Shown: one piece after another, positions 12,151 to 25,899 of the stretch
Position numbering within the stretch: position 1 is the stretch's first letter
Layout of the letters: the number at the start of each line of letters is the position of its first letter
Source: Octopus sinensis
Lineage: Eukaryota
Assembly (NCBI RefSeq): GCF_006345805.1
Contig: NC_043005.1
Location: 60,264,001-60,328,000 of the forward strand
Direction of reading: 5' to 3'
DNA: 64,000 nt
Notes under the pieces: generated by a model
Database searches by the model: none
What the model was told of the DNA's origin: nothing
What the model saw: the letters and a program-made list of their open reading frames with translations, nothing else
Made by a program: the position numbers and the translations under genes

Positions 12151-13360
12151 TTCCTCCTCCTTATTATTAATTATTATTATTATTATTATTATTATTGAAG
12201 ACGGCGCACACTATACAATATTGTATAAAGATATTGTGTGTGCAGAAGTTTTGTACAGTCAGTCAAGTCACTACAAGGACCTGAGATAGACAACATTTTT
12301 ACCTAGTGTGCATGCATTTCAAGGTAAAGCTGGTTATTGCAATGCACCAAAGCTGTCCACATGTTTCTTAAGGTTGGGTGTAATCCCATGCGAAGTAGAG
12401 ATCCTACTTTCTTGTTAGCTATTCGTAATCGGAATTCGTTAGCAGTTTCAACTCCATTGTAAATAAATATTTCTGCGTAAGCAGCCTTCTGTAGCAGGTC
12501 ATGTTCGCGGTTAGCCAAAATACTGAGTCAATTTACTTTTTCACCGTCGATGAACGTCCGTATGCAAATCAGACAGAACTTCCGTATGCAAATCAGACAT
12601 AGAGATAAGAGGTTCAAATAAAATAGTAAGAGGCATTTCTTTCGATTGATTACACTTTCAGTTCAAATCCTGCCGAAAAAAAGCTTTTTCTTCCATCCGT
12701 TCGGGTAAGTACCAGTCGATTACTTTCAGGCCTTGTGTCAATATTCGAATGCTTCATTATTTTCACCAGTAAAATGTATTTTGGTTTCTAGCAGCACATT
12801 GTTCCTCAGCTCTATGCGTACAGCTCTATTGACAATGATTATATATATTCCGAGAGTATATTAATCTATATATATATACAAAAAAAAAAAGAAATACAGC
12901 ATGGATTTCTGAAGCAGATTAACTGGAAAATAAATACCATCGAAAAAGTTGGTATCCTGTCGCTGTTCGATTTTTCTATAAATCGTATTATCTATACTTT
13001 CGTGTACTCCAGCGTTAATCACATCAGTGTAATTTTTTGTTACACATTTATATTGACAGTGACTTATATATGCACCATGTGTGCGAAGAGAAAATACAAC
13101 TACTAAACTGTCGCATAGTTGCATAGTTGCATTATGTAGAAGGAAATAGATAAAGTCATATGTAGATTTAAAATGCAAGCTCTGTTTGGCGCCGTTGTTA
13201 TGAGAAATGAGAGTAAAATATATTAATAAAGAAATGGAGTCTTTGATAATTATCTGTAAATCTATCCTGCAACATATATTAATAATACTACAACAGCACT
13301 AAACAATATGTAGATATGAAACGTCAATAAAAAAAGAATCTTACAATATATGTATGAATA

Positions 13361-13403
<43 letters not shown>

Positions 13404-13604
13404 ATTCTATATGTATGTATTTATATATGTATATATGTATATAGGGTACATTGCATTTATCATCTTAAATATACCCAGATTTTGTACAGAAAATAATTTA
13501 TTTAGTAGAAAGTGTTTTGTCTTATGTATGTGTATATATATATAAATATGTCTTTGTGTGTGTGTATGTGTGTGTGTGCATATATATATATTGATTGATT
13601 GATT

Positions 13605-13648
13605 CTAGTTTCAGCTCACGAGCTGTGGCCATGCTGGGGCACCGCCAT
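13605..13648 (-). mobile_element. SINE 3'-tail fragment
   Basis: Minus strand ggcggtgccccagcatggccacagc resembles the SINE tail seen at 44815-44845 and 33055-33085. Confidence 0.55.
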
Positions 13649-13716
13649 TTAAATATATATCTATACTTTATCAAAAAAGTTGCAAAAATACCAAAAACTG
13701 TTGCTTAGTGTATCAC

Positions 13717-15098
13717 GTCCCCGTTCGTGGGACAGTTTTGTTTAGAATGGAACAAAATAAGATTATATGCATAAATGTACAATCACTTTGCTAGATACAC
13801 ATTTGAAAATTGTTTTGTTTGATTGGTCCTTTAACTAACGATCTTTTCACTAACTGGTTGTATGAAATTACAAATGTTGACTGTCGCATTTGAATTTGGC
13901 TTTACACATTATATATTGTTATTTTGTATTGCAATGCCTTTAAATATTTCGACTTCACATTTTTTTTTATTTTACATCCGACTTTTAAGAAAGCATTCGA
14001 TTGTTTTACAAATTTAAACTTATGTTTCGCCGAGGTTTATTTTTTACTCATTCTTACACATTTTCTATATATTATAAATTTTATATTTTTAAATTTATAT
14101 ATTTAGTGTATATTACATTTAATTATGTTATATTAATCTATTGTACAATTTTCCTTATTTTAATATACTATATACCGGACAGTTTTTTGTAATTTGTTTG
14201 TATGCGTATATACGTTATGGTGTATATATTTATCTCGATATGAAGATATGTCTATATATATATATATATTGTTGGCATCCTTTTTGTTTCGGGAGACAAT
14301 GGTATATATATATACGTATGTATTTATTTGTATATTTGCATGCGTGTCTATACGTGTGTGTATTTGTATGTATATTTTTATTTACGTGTGTACGTTTGCA
14401 AGCTGAATGAAGTATCTAACATTCGTTAGATACTTTTTAGGAACGCCAACTTTCAAATCATTTAAACCCCCTATCGCTATTTTTGTCTTTCATTTTTCTA
14501 ATTTCATGTTTCTTTTCTCTTTCTCCCACCACTTGTTATTCTCTGATTTTCTTTTCGTTTTCTTTCTCTCTCCTGTAACAACTAAGTTGTTAAAGCATAC
14601 ACAAGGAGATATTATGTGCATGCATGTGTGCACGTAGATACATATATATGCATTTGTATATATTTCTGTTTTGCCTGTATTTTTATATGTATGTTGCCAT
14701 GTACCAACACCTGTGTGTTTAGTGTATAATGTATATATAGGTTGTTTGGTATGTGTATGTATTGCTAAATGCATATGTATTTTATGGTGAAAGGTTTTAA
14801 ACGGACACAACTTTCAATTTACTTACATTTCTTATTATTTTTTTACCACTAATTATTTTCCCTGGGTATTCAGGTACTTTTTCTTTCTAGATAAGCTATT
14901 TTTGATTTAATGTTTTCTTCGATTTTATAATAATACGATTTTAAACCACAACTGAAATTTCATGCAGCCGGTTATAGACAAAAAAGGACCAATGAAACAA
15001 AACCATTTTTAAATGTGCATCTCTCAAAATAATTGTATATTTATGTATATAAACGTATTTTGTTCTATTGTAAATAAAACTGCCCAACGAATGGATAC
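13717..15098. repeat. Old long inverted repeat pair (~150-bp arms, ~1.1 kb apart); possible decayed TIR element
   Basis: 13717-13870 aligns by eye to the reverse complement of 14955-15098, e.g. ttgttttgtttgattggtccttt versus aaaggaccaatgaaacaaaacca, and cagttttgtttagaatggaacaaaata versus tattttgttctattgtaaataaaactg. Confidence 0.65.
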
Positions 15099-15220
15099 GT
15101 AAAACTCTGAGTAACAGCCTTAGTGATATTTATGCTGCCTTTTTAATAAAGTATATTCTTCTACCCCCGTAATCTAGTACAATTTTTTCCAATTGTTTTG
15201 TATTTGTATGCTTATACTGG

Positions 15221-15314
<94 letters not shown>

Positions 15315-16506
15315 TATACATATATGTAATACATATATATAGATACATATTCATAAATGCATACATACATACAAACATACAGACAGACAGACATGGAGAA
15401 CGTTTTTACTGGCTGTCCATCATACGACTGGGCCATTGTTCACTACTGTAAAGAGACATTTGTTTCAAGAAAGCAGAATTGGGGTTTCGTATGAATAAGA
15501 ACTATCAGAAATATATTTTCTATCAATGGTGCTTTTCAATTGTTCTTGTAATTTTGGTGAGTTGAATCTCTGCTATAGTCGGAGAGAGGCATACATATGT
15601 ATAAGGAGACCTATGCATGTACAGTTCCGCTTACTTAGCTTTCATAGAAGCACGCCTATGTGCGTTCGTAAGACGCTTGATGTGTGATTAAAAGAATTTA
15701 CATAATCTGATTCTAATACATGTAAATACCTAAACTGATACACACATGCAAATACGTATTATATTATGCATATCAATGTATGTATTTCATTGAAAATATT
15801 TTACAATACTGTATTCCCCTCACCTGTGACACTAATATCTTTCTTTGAACTACGTATCATGCCCCAAATGAAGCATCATATCACATGTATATTGTATCGT
15901 GGTAAAGAAAGATTACTATAGTTAATCGATTTATTGACCAGTTCAAAATACATATAAAACCATTGAACGTTTATCTATTTCGTACAGTTTTGAATATGTA
16001 ACAGAACATAAATTTCGATTTGTTGAGAACTTTTCCTGTCTTTAGTTATTTGCAGCAAGATGTTATACAGATGGGAGACATTTTAATTCAGTGCTATTTT
16101 GATCGAAGTCGAAATACATGTATGAATTCCATATACTTTTAAGAAAAATAATATAAAAGTACAGAAATCCAACTAAATATTTGTATATCTCTTAATACTC
16201 TTAATAGCATTTCTAACAAATTGAATACCTTAATTTATTAAAACGATAGAAATATTTCACTGTTTATTCTTATCAGTAACTATAAGCGTTAAGATTAGGC
16301 GAACGGAAGAAACGGTTGACAGTCAGGAAATATGTGCTACAGCATTCGTTTACCTCCCTAAACGTTCTTTGCTCTAAACATATCTTGCATTTTTTAACTG
16401 AGTTCGATAAAATAAGTGCTAATAATGTACGGAAGCTGAATCAGTTCCCTAAACCTTTTCCTTTACAAAGGCAGGACAGTTTACGAATTTCATCAGCACT
16501 TCATAT

Positions 16507-16738
16507 ATTTCTTCACTACCCACAAGGGGCTAAACATAGAGAGGACAAACAAGGACAGACAAATGGATTAAGTTGATTATATCGACCCCAGTGCGTAACT
16601 GGCACTTATTTAATCGACACCGAAAGGATGAAAGTCAAAGTCGACCTCGGCGGAATTTGAACTCAGAACGTAACGACAGACGAAATACCGCTAAGTATTT
16701 CGCCCGGCGTGCTAACATTTCTGCCAGCTCGCCGCCTT
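16507..16738 (-). mobile_element. tRNA-derived SINE (second family), near full length
   Basis: Minus strand aaggcggcgagctggcagaaatgttagcacgccggg...gagttcaaattcc (box B)...gaggtcgactttgactttcatcctttcgg...ttagccccttgtggg. Partial copies at 6335 and 24125. Confidence 0.85.
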
Positions 16739-16974
16739 TTTCATCAACACTTTATAGAACGTGTCGTAGAATTGTAGATTTCATTATCTGATAATAATGC
16801 CTGTTAATTGATGATTTTTTCATTCATTACTTTTAGAATCTACATGTTTTGAACATAGAGGAATTTGTTATTATTTAGTCCTAAATTTGCTCGGTTTGAG
16901 CAATAAAAATTAAAGACACTCAAGTTATTTCTGTTAGATGTTAGTTTCATTAAAAGTGTCTATCAGAGACGAAT

Positions 16975-17230
16975 ATTTTTGAAGTGCGACCTAGGCGTAT
17001 TGCATTGGCTTTCCATACCATCCCTATCCAGTTCTACTATCCTACTTCATTCACTTCGTACTTTACACAGTTTTTCTCTCGGCTTTACCTCTCACTCTGA
17101 ATATTATCCCCAGAATTTCTTCTTACTTGCGCACTACCTAATCGGCAACACCACTCAACCTCTACACAATTCAGATGTTGGGAAAGCGATTCATGTCGCT
17201 AAATTTTCCTCTTCTGTGTCAATTGCACTT
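16975..17230 (-). mobile_element. Decayed RTE-like LINE RT fragment
   Basis: Purine-rich coding-like minus strand with weak resemblance to the RTE RT thumb region. Many stops. Confidence 0.3.
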
Positions 17231-17936
17231 ACTTAACTTTCATAGAAGCACGCTTGATGTGTGATTAAAAGAATCTACATAGTCTGATTTTAACACGTTG
17301 AAAGGGAATGTAGATGCTTCACTAATACAATTTAAAGGACATAGCCGTTAATGTCCGTTAACCGAGAACTTGTATTACTGGTATTCCAATGAATTAGAGG
17401 CTCTTAACGTACAGCAGTTATAATCCGAAAAATTCTGGTAACCTAAAAATATTATACATATATATATATATAAAATGAGAATTTCATATGCTCTAATAGT
17501 TATTTTCAATAAATTATTGGATAAAACAATTATCAGGAAAATCGAAATTCATAATTCTATAGTCGGAATTCCTGTTGAAATAAAGAAAATAATGTTATAA
17601 TGGACATTTTTTTAATTAAAAAAAAATATATTGATTTCTATTTTAGTGTTTCAAAAGACAGACGTTTATAAAATCAAGAATTAGCAGAAAACACATTTAA
17701 AAACCAACAATGAAAATAATAAAAATATAATAAAAAGATGAATGCACATTCCAATTCATATCTGAGTGGTTCATCAAGCAGGAGTAAAAGTATGTCTCAG
17801 ATTTATTTTTGTTTTTATTTTTTGTTTTTTTTTTGTGTGTGAAAATGACTATATTACAAATATGGAGAGTGACAGTGAGTCGAAAGAGAATATGTACGTA
17901 TGTATATGTGTATACACATATGTATGCAAACATCTG

Positions 17937-17937
<1 letters not shown>

Positions 17938-18028
<91 letters not shown>
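17938..18028. repeat. (TCTA)n microsatellite
   Basis: Directly visible, ~22 units. Confidence 0.97.
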
Positions 18029-18030
<2 letters not shown>

Positions 18031-18632
18031 GGCGTATAAATGTAATTAATGTGACTGTATGAAGTAATTTTTACAAAAGCTTTTAAATATACATATATTT
18101 GTATTTGTGTGTGTGTGTGTGTTTGCGCGCGTGTATGTGTGTGTGTATGTGTGTGCGCACGCACACACACACACACACACATATGCATATATAATTAGGG
18201 GCTGGTGTCTATATGTATGTAGGTTTGTATGCCTAGGCAGAGAGCGTGAACGAGAGAGGGGTAGACAAACAGAAATAGTTGAAGGATAGACTGGCACAGA
18301 ACTCGAAGATGAAGAGACAAAGTTACAAAGAAAAAACGATAGTAGAATATGTGGAAAATATGATAAGGAAAATAAAGGAATAAATACCGGCAACATTTAG
18401 AGATACACCCCCAGTTAATTTTATGCATTGAATTGCAAAAGGCCTAATTTATAAAATATTTGGCCAGGTTAAGTTGGTATTATCGAATGAGTTAGTCCAG
18501 ATTTAAGACAATGATTTTATTTGTGAGGTAGATTAGGCTGTTATTCCAAACACCTACAGTGATTAGATACAGGAGTCGTCTAAAACTCTAGACGGTGTCC
18601 TAATCAGTCGAAGAGTAAATGTTTCGCATTAG

Positions 18633-19389
18633 ACTTCTTCTTCTTCTTCTTCTTCTCCTTCTCCTTCTTCTTCTTCTTCTTCTTCTTCTTCTTCTTCTTC
18701 TTCTTCTCCTCCTTCTCCTTCTTCTTCTTCTCCTTCTTCTTCTTCTTCTTCTTCTTCACCTTTCTCGCACTTCTTGTCGTCCACTTTATTTCTTCTATTT
18801 TCTCTATTACATCGTTTCCTTTCTACCGTCTCTTTTTCTTTTTCTTCTATTACATTTCCTTTCTCTTCTTCTTCTCTTTTCTCTTGCTCTCTTTCTTCTT
18901 TTCTTTTCTCTTCTATTCTTCTTCTATTTCCTTCTTCTCTCTTTCTTTTTCTTCTCTCCTCTTCTCTTCTCTTTCTTTTTTTTCTTTTCTTCTTCTTCTT
19001 TTTCTTTTCTTTTTTTCTTTTTCTTCTTTCTTCTTCTCTTCTTCTTCTTTTCTTCTTTCTTCTTTCTTCTTTCTTCTTTTTCTCTTTCTCTTTCCTTCTT
19101 CTTTCTTCTCTTCTCTTTTTCTTCTCCTTCTCTTTCTCCTTCTTTTTCTCTTCCTTCTTCTTTATTTTCTTTTCTTCTTCTTCTTCTTCTTTCTTCTTCT
19201 TCTTCTTCTTCTTTTTCTACTTCTTTTTCTTCATCTTTCTCTCACTTCACGTCGTCCACTTTATTTTCTCTATTATTATTTTCTTCGTTTTTCTTCCTTC
19301 CTTTCTCTCCTCTCTTTTTCCTTTTATTCTATTTATTCATGTTTTTCTTCTTCTTTTTCTTCTCCTTCTTCTTCTTCTTCTTCTTCTTT
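18633..19389. repeat. ~760-bp (CTT)n-derived polypyrimidine/polypurine tract
   Basis: Almost exclusively C/T on the plus strand. The motif ctttctc(g/t)cacttc..gtcgtccactttattt occurs at ~18760 and ~19236. Confidence 0.95.
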
Positions 19390-19935
19390 ACATGGTTTGT
19401 GTATCGTGAATAATGTCTTAGAAGTTACGTGCATGTGGAGGATAAATAGCTGTTATAGCAAGCAGAACGAATGAGCAAGCAGATGCTAAAATCAATGGCT
19501 TGTTTCAGTCTGTGTAGCGATTTTGCGCAGGTGAAGATCAAACGCACAATGTACTCTTTCAATACACAAAAAGCTACAGCACACAATTTTGAAAAATCAG
19601 TTGAAAATTTAAAGATTGTTTGTCTGAAGGAGAATATATTTCTTAAATTATTATTTATATAAATAATGGAAGAGTAGATAACAAACTAGATGTATTCATA
19701 TTTTCTTTTACGAATGCAAACAACTAGCAGCAACAAGGAAGAAAGGCATTTTAGCAATAAATGTAATAAAATATAATGGCGTAAACCACGTAAAGAATTC
19801 GAAGTTATATCAAAATATCTTACAAAAATGTATTAATAGATTGTTATCTTCTCCTTACACATAACATTATATATATGTATGTATGTATTGATATATATGT
19901 GAATGCACATATATATGCATAGATGAATATGTTTG

Positions 19936-19983
<48 letters not shown>

Positions 19984-19998
19984 CGTACATAGGCACAA

Positions 19999-20046
<48 letters not shown>

Positions 20047-21062
20047 ATATATATATATTCCATTGATATAGATACGTTGGCCTGAATACACATGCACATA
20101 CTTATAAGCACACATAGAAACAGACATGCATATACGTATATTCGTGTGCCTGCATTGAAATTACATAATTTGGGAAAAGTAATTCGGTAAAATATTACAG
20201 TTTGTTTAGAAAGTTATATATTTTCCACAGCCTATTGAACTTATGATGAACATATCTGCATACAAAAGGTTTTTATAAAATTAGATATCATTTATCCATA
20301 TGTATATTCAGTTTCTAGGAGGTAATTCTGAATTGAAGACATGAAAAAAGAACTGGGTACTTTCGGGTACTCCTTCTTATACGAAGGAGCTTAAATATAA
20401 GAACAGGATTTTGTGTGCACATGTTGCCCTATAGTGTGGTTGAGTGTATGTGTTCTAGTTGTGTCATCCTAACACACTGCCCACACTTGAAAATGACAGG
20501 CACGTTTAAATTGTTTGCATTTGCTCGCATATAAAGCATATGTATGTGCGTCTGTATATATTCATACACACAAACACACACACACACGCACACATATATA
20601 TATATAGTAAAATGGCTGATTCAGTATATATATATATATGAACATATATATATGTGTATATATATATATACACGCATATATTATGCATACATTATACGTA
20701 CATGTGTAACACGCATGTAACAAAAGAAGAACGTGAATTTTATTATTTTTTTGGTATTATTTCTTCTCCATTAAACATGTTTCGTTCGCTAGTAGTAATT
20801 AAAATTATTTATATGTCTATATAAGATGTAAGGAATTTACTATTTGTAATTCATTAGATAGACACACAACAGCAACTGCGGCTACATATTGATTGCAAGA
20901 ATGGAACTAGCAGATGTGATTCAAGAGGTAAACAGCTGGGAGTTACCCTAATTAACTCTATATATGTGTGCGTGTACATATATGTGCATGTGTGTGTGTT
21001 TGTGTGCCTGTGTATGTATGTATATATGTGTACACATATGTATATGTGTATGTATGAATATA

Positions 21063-21134
<72 letters not shown>

Positions 21135-22389
21135 TATATATGTATGTATATACATGTCATTACTCAGTTTTATTTCAAGAGTTCTTGCCAACAGAGAAGG
21201 AGCCACATTCTAACTTAGATCCAAGATTCCTTCATTGGAATTTAAACATTAAAAGTAGAGTATCTCTGTTTGTATAAATGTAAGTACGTATGTATATGTA
21301 CAGATTTGCATGTTTTGTTTTATTTATGTATTCTTATGCATATATATTTGCATATGCACGTATGTATGTATTTATATATGTACGTACGTATACATATAAT
21401 GACTTAAGAGAAAGATTTGAAGTTTCCAGTGGTAAGTAGGTGAATGACATAGACAAATCACTGTACTTTTAAATAATTTTCAAAATAAATATGATTTATT
21501 AGAGTTATCTCCGTCTATATGTAGAGTTGATTTTTGAAATATTGAAATATTTCCTAGCGACGTGGACCTACGTTGATTGATGACGTATATCACCGATTAT
21601 ATTGATGCTCAGTATTTTTCTGATAGATATTTATTTATTCAAGAAGCATGAAATGTAAATTACTGCATCAAAACAACAGAGGTTTGGATTCTTAAATAGA
21701 TATGAAATAGAACGTATTCGTCTGGGGGTTACTGATTATTTTCTCACCTACATTTCTAGATATCATAACACAATATAATGTAACAGATGCCTAGATGCAT
21801 TACAAATTTGGGCCAATAAATTTCCATTTCGTATAATTTTACTGTTTGTCTGCATGCGCCCCTAAAATATCTGAGCCACGATCAAACAAGATGAAGTATC
21901 CTATATAACTTTTGTACGTGCAGGGGTACAAAGTTCCATGTGTCCCTGGACTAGGGAGAACGATTTCGGTTCTATTTTTTGTATAATATCAATAAAATTA
22001 TACCGTCAAAATGAATCAGCCAGTTGGTACTATGAACATTGATTTTGATATATTTTGAAGTGAAGGTTAATGGATGATCAATATGTAAAATATTTCCAAT
22101 TTAATTTCAATGTTAATAATGCCTACCGTGAAAAACGTCAGATGTACTTCGTCAGATAAGCACCCAACAGCAAATGTGGCTACATATTGATTTTAAGAAT
22201 GGAATAAGCAGGTCTGCTTCAAGAGGAAAACAGGTGGGATTTACCCTAACTAATTAAATTTATATAAGTATATCTGTGTGTGTGTGTGTGTGTGTGTAGG
22301 CGTGTGCGTGTGTAGGATAGTTGAAATATATGTGTGTGTACATACATATCTTTTATCTATCAACAATTCCTTGTTTCAATTATTAGACC

Positions 22390-22545
22390 ATGGCCATGCT
22401 GAGGCGCCATCTTCAAGAATTGGAGTTGCATTTAGGCCTGGTACTAATTCATTCGGTCAGTTGTCGAAGCGTAAATTATGGGGACGTGAACAGACCAGCG
22501 CCTGTGGAAAGTGATGGTGGGGCCTCACACACATACACGAAAACT
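22390..22545 (-). mobile_element. Decayed 3' half of CORE-type SINE
   Basis: ggccatgctgaggcgccatcttcaag...ctggtactaattcattcggtc...tatggggacgtgaacagacc is the reverse complement of the tail of the 44490 copy. Confidence 0.6.
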
Positions 22546-23556
22546 CTGTATTTTTAACCACTAAGCGTGACAGATATTTTCTGCGTTTAGCGGAGCGGTA
22601 TCAACCTTCAGGTTGTACCCTGCGAAATTTATAGGTTTAGCGTTTGACCTGTTCATTGTAGGTTTCTAAACGAACAGAAACATCTAGTTAAAATCAACAC
22701 GTATTAGCTTACTGTTTCTGTTGTCTCTTCATTGATTGTATTTTTTAATTATGTTTTATAATTTGTTATATAAATATATTTGTCTGCATGTGTTTACTTT
22801 ATACGTATTTTTGTTTTATATATATCTGTCATGTATTTCGGTACACAATTAGTATATAAGTGCGTGTGCGTCTGTCTGTCTGTATGTGTGAAAAAGGGGT
22901 GTTGTCCCCAAAACTCCAAATTTGAGTAACGTTTTCATGCTTAGATTTGTAAACTACGATAAGAATAACACTTGTCAACAAAGAATTTGTCCCAAGGAAA
23001 ACATATCTGTATCTCATATTTTTGTATGCAGAATTCAAAACTAATGTATAATTATCTGTATCGCCCACACTTTCTGTTGAAATGTGAAGCTAAAAGTTTA
23101 AGAAATACTACTAAATCCTGCTATATGAGTCAATTATTCCCAAAAATGTATGAAAAGGAAAATATGTAAAAATACTAACACACAAAAGCACAGAAAATAT
23201 GTAATATACTAGCGGACATAAAAATTAAAACAAAACACGCGGGTGTAAAGAATCTTGTGATGTGAAGAATCAAGTGTGAAATATCAACATAGACAACAGA
23301 GGCACAGACAACATTGAACCAAACACAGTGTGCATTTGTCATGGTAGCAAGCTGCTATTGCTACGCTGTCTGTTGATTGGCTAACATTACACAAATTTCC
23401 CAATTTCAATTCCAAATAACGTCAGATTCTTTAATCTATGAGATAAAGTAATTGGGTGATCGTAATCACAATTGAGAGTTGCATTATTAGACCAAAATTG
23501 AAAGCAATCTGAACAAAGTAAAAGGGGGCTCATTATGCGAATGCGAAAAACTAGAC

Positions 23557-23593
<37 letters not shown>

Positions 23594-24124
23594 ACATATG
23601 TATGCATGTATGCATGTGTATATATACATATATGTATATGTATCTGTATATGTATGTGCAAGTGTGTATGTGTGTATGTATTTATTTGTAAGTGAAACGA
23701 CAAGCGTTATTTTAGTGAAATCACGCATGATCGTTGATATTTGAAATCCACGAGTTAATTGGAAGTAGAAATAAACTGAAACTAATGCTTAAATACTATA
23801 TAGCTTTAGTGTTTAAACAAAAGATGGATCTTGTTATCTCACCTTTATTGAAAACCTTCTCTAATTAACTCCATTATTATATTCGTACCTTATCAAAATG
23901 ATTTTATATTAAAACGAATATTCACATGTCTGTTCCAATGCATAAAAATACATGAATTCTGGTCGGAAATTGTATATGTAAAAATAAGATGTTTTTAGAA
24001 AATTCATGGTATGTAGCATTATTTCTTTGATATCATAATCAGGCTACAAGCTATGGAATCGTTTATAATATTGACTTCTAATGAGGGTAGAAAGCCAGCA
24101 ATTTTGGTGGAGGGGGAAAGTCAA

Positions 24125-24222
24125 TTACTGGTATTTTACGGGTACTTATTTAAGCAAAGACGGACGAAATGCTGCTGAGCATTCCACTCGGCCTGCTAAC
24201 GATTCTACCAGCTTGCCGCCTT
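24125..24222 (-). mobile_element. SINE head fragment (family of 16507-16738)
   Basis: Minus strand taaggcggcaagctggtagaatcgttagcaggccgagtggaatgctcagcagcatttcgtccgtc. Confidence 0.7.
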
Positions 24223-25576
24223 AGAATAGTTTATAATATAATTAGCTTTTAGTACAACAACTGCCCACATTTCAAAAGCATAGGAACTATTGATTTAATT
24301 TATCCCTGAGAAAAATGACAAGCATTTATGTTATCGGTACCACGTATGATTTTTGATAACGAAAACCCACTTGTTGATCGAACGCAGAAATGAAGGAACT
24401 GACGCTGTAATATGTAAATACTTTATAACTTCAGTGGTTAGAAAAAAAGGGCTGGCTTATCTCAACTATCTTCAAAACCTTCATTAATTAACTCCATTAT
24501 TATTCTCGTACCTTATTAAAATGATATTATTTCAAAATAAATATTCACATTTTTATAAATGCATCCAGAAAAGAAATCAGAACACAAAACAAAACATAAC
24601 AAAATATCAAATAAAACTAACAAAAACATGTATAACACTTTTCCAGCAATAAATATCATTATCGATATCGTTTATCACCATCTCGAGGAAAAGAAAGTCG
24701 AATTACGGGAAATTAAAACATCAACCAATCATGGATGACTTTATATTTGTTAGAGATCTTTTTCATTTCCTTTCATTCTCCTTCTCTTTCACCCTGTTCT
24801 ACACAACATATCTGTTTCCTTCATTGTCTCTCTTTTCTTCTCTCTAACTTTATACACACAACCTCTCATATTTCTTCGTTGCTGTCTTTTTTGTTTAAAG
24901 ATTTAATAAACCGACCTGAAGTTATAATCATAAAGGAAGTAATGAATATTGACAAGAAAGATCAAAGTCTTTGTTAATCTTCGACTCGAAGCATTAAAAA
25001 TGATGGCTAAAATATTGCAATCTGAATTAAGAATGTTAATCATACTCCTATCATAATGTAGTTTGAAACAGAAGCAAAATGAAAAAAGACAAAACAAAAA
25101 CAAACGACATAAAATTAAATATATTTGCCAACTAAGATCGAAGCAGATGCACATGGGAAGAAAGAAAACAAAGTGATGTTAACAGAGGTTCTTTCAGATA
25201 ACGTGTTTAAATTCAGTCACGCATAAATTCCTATGGTTGTAGAACTGACATCCAAAAAGAGCCACACAAAATATATCTTCTAACATATCTTATGAATATC
25301 TTTCATCACTGCCTAATATGGCATCGCGCTGCATATAACAGTTTAATATGCCTAAGCATATATTGTATATCCACCTAATCAACATTCACTCCGTGTATTT
25401 GCATATATCAATATGCAAACGCACACACCCAAAGTAGTATTCATGTACACTTGCATGCTTCTAATCATAAAACACAATACACGTTATGTATTTACATATG
25501 TTATACATGTCTGTGTCTGTGTGTGTACTCAAGCGTATATATATACGCATGTATATGTGTGTGTATGTATATATAC

Positions 25577-25648
<72 letters not shown>

Positions 25649-25899
25649 GCATATGTGTGTGAGTGTGCGTTTGTGTGTATACATTTCTGCATAACTAGTC
25701 TTGATCTTTAAGATTTAGGAGGGAATTCATTGGATTCATCGTGTTTATTTCTTGGTACAGCATTGCATGTCGGCTCATGCACAACATTGCATAGTAATCA
25801 CAGTACACAACTATCTTAAGCTCCTGCAACCTATCCTTTGGATTCTAAATACTATTTGTAACTAGTAAATTCCTGGCGTGTTAAGGAAATTGCAGTCAG

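Noticed and set aside
18619-19474. Three overlapping 196-264 aa L/F/S-rich ORFs
   Set aside because: Artefact of a pyrimidine-only tract that cannot encode stops.
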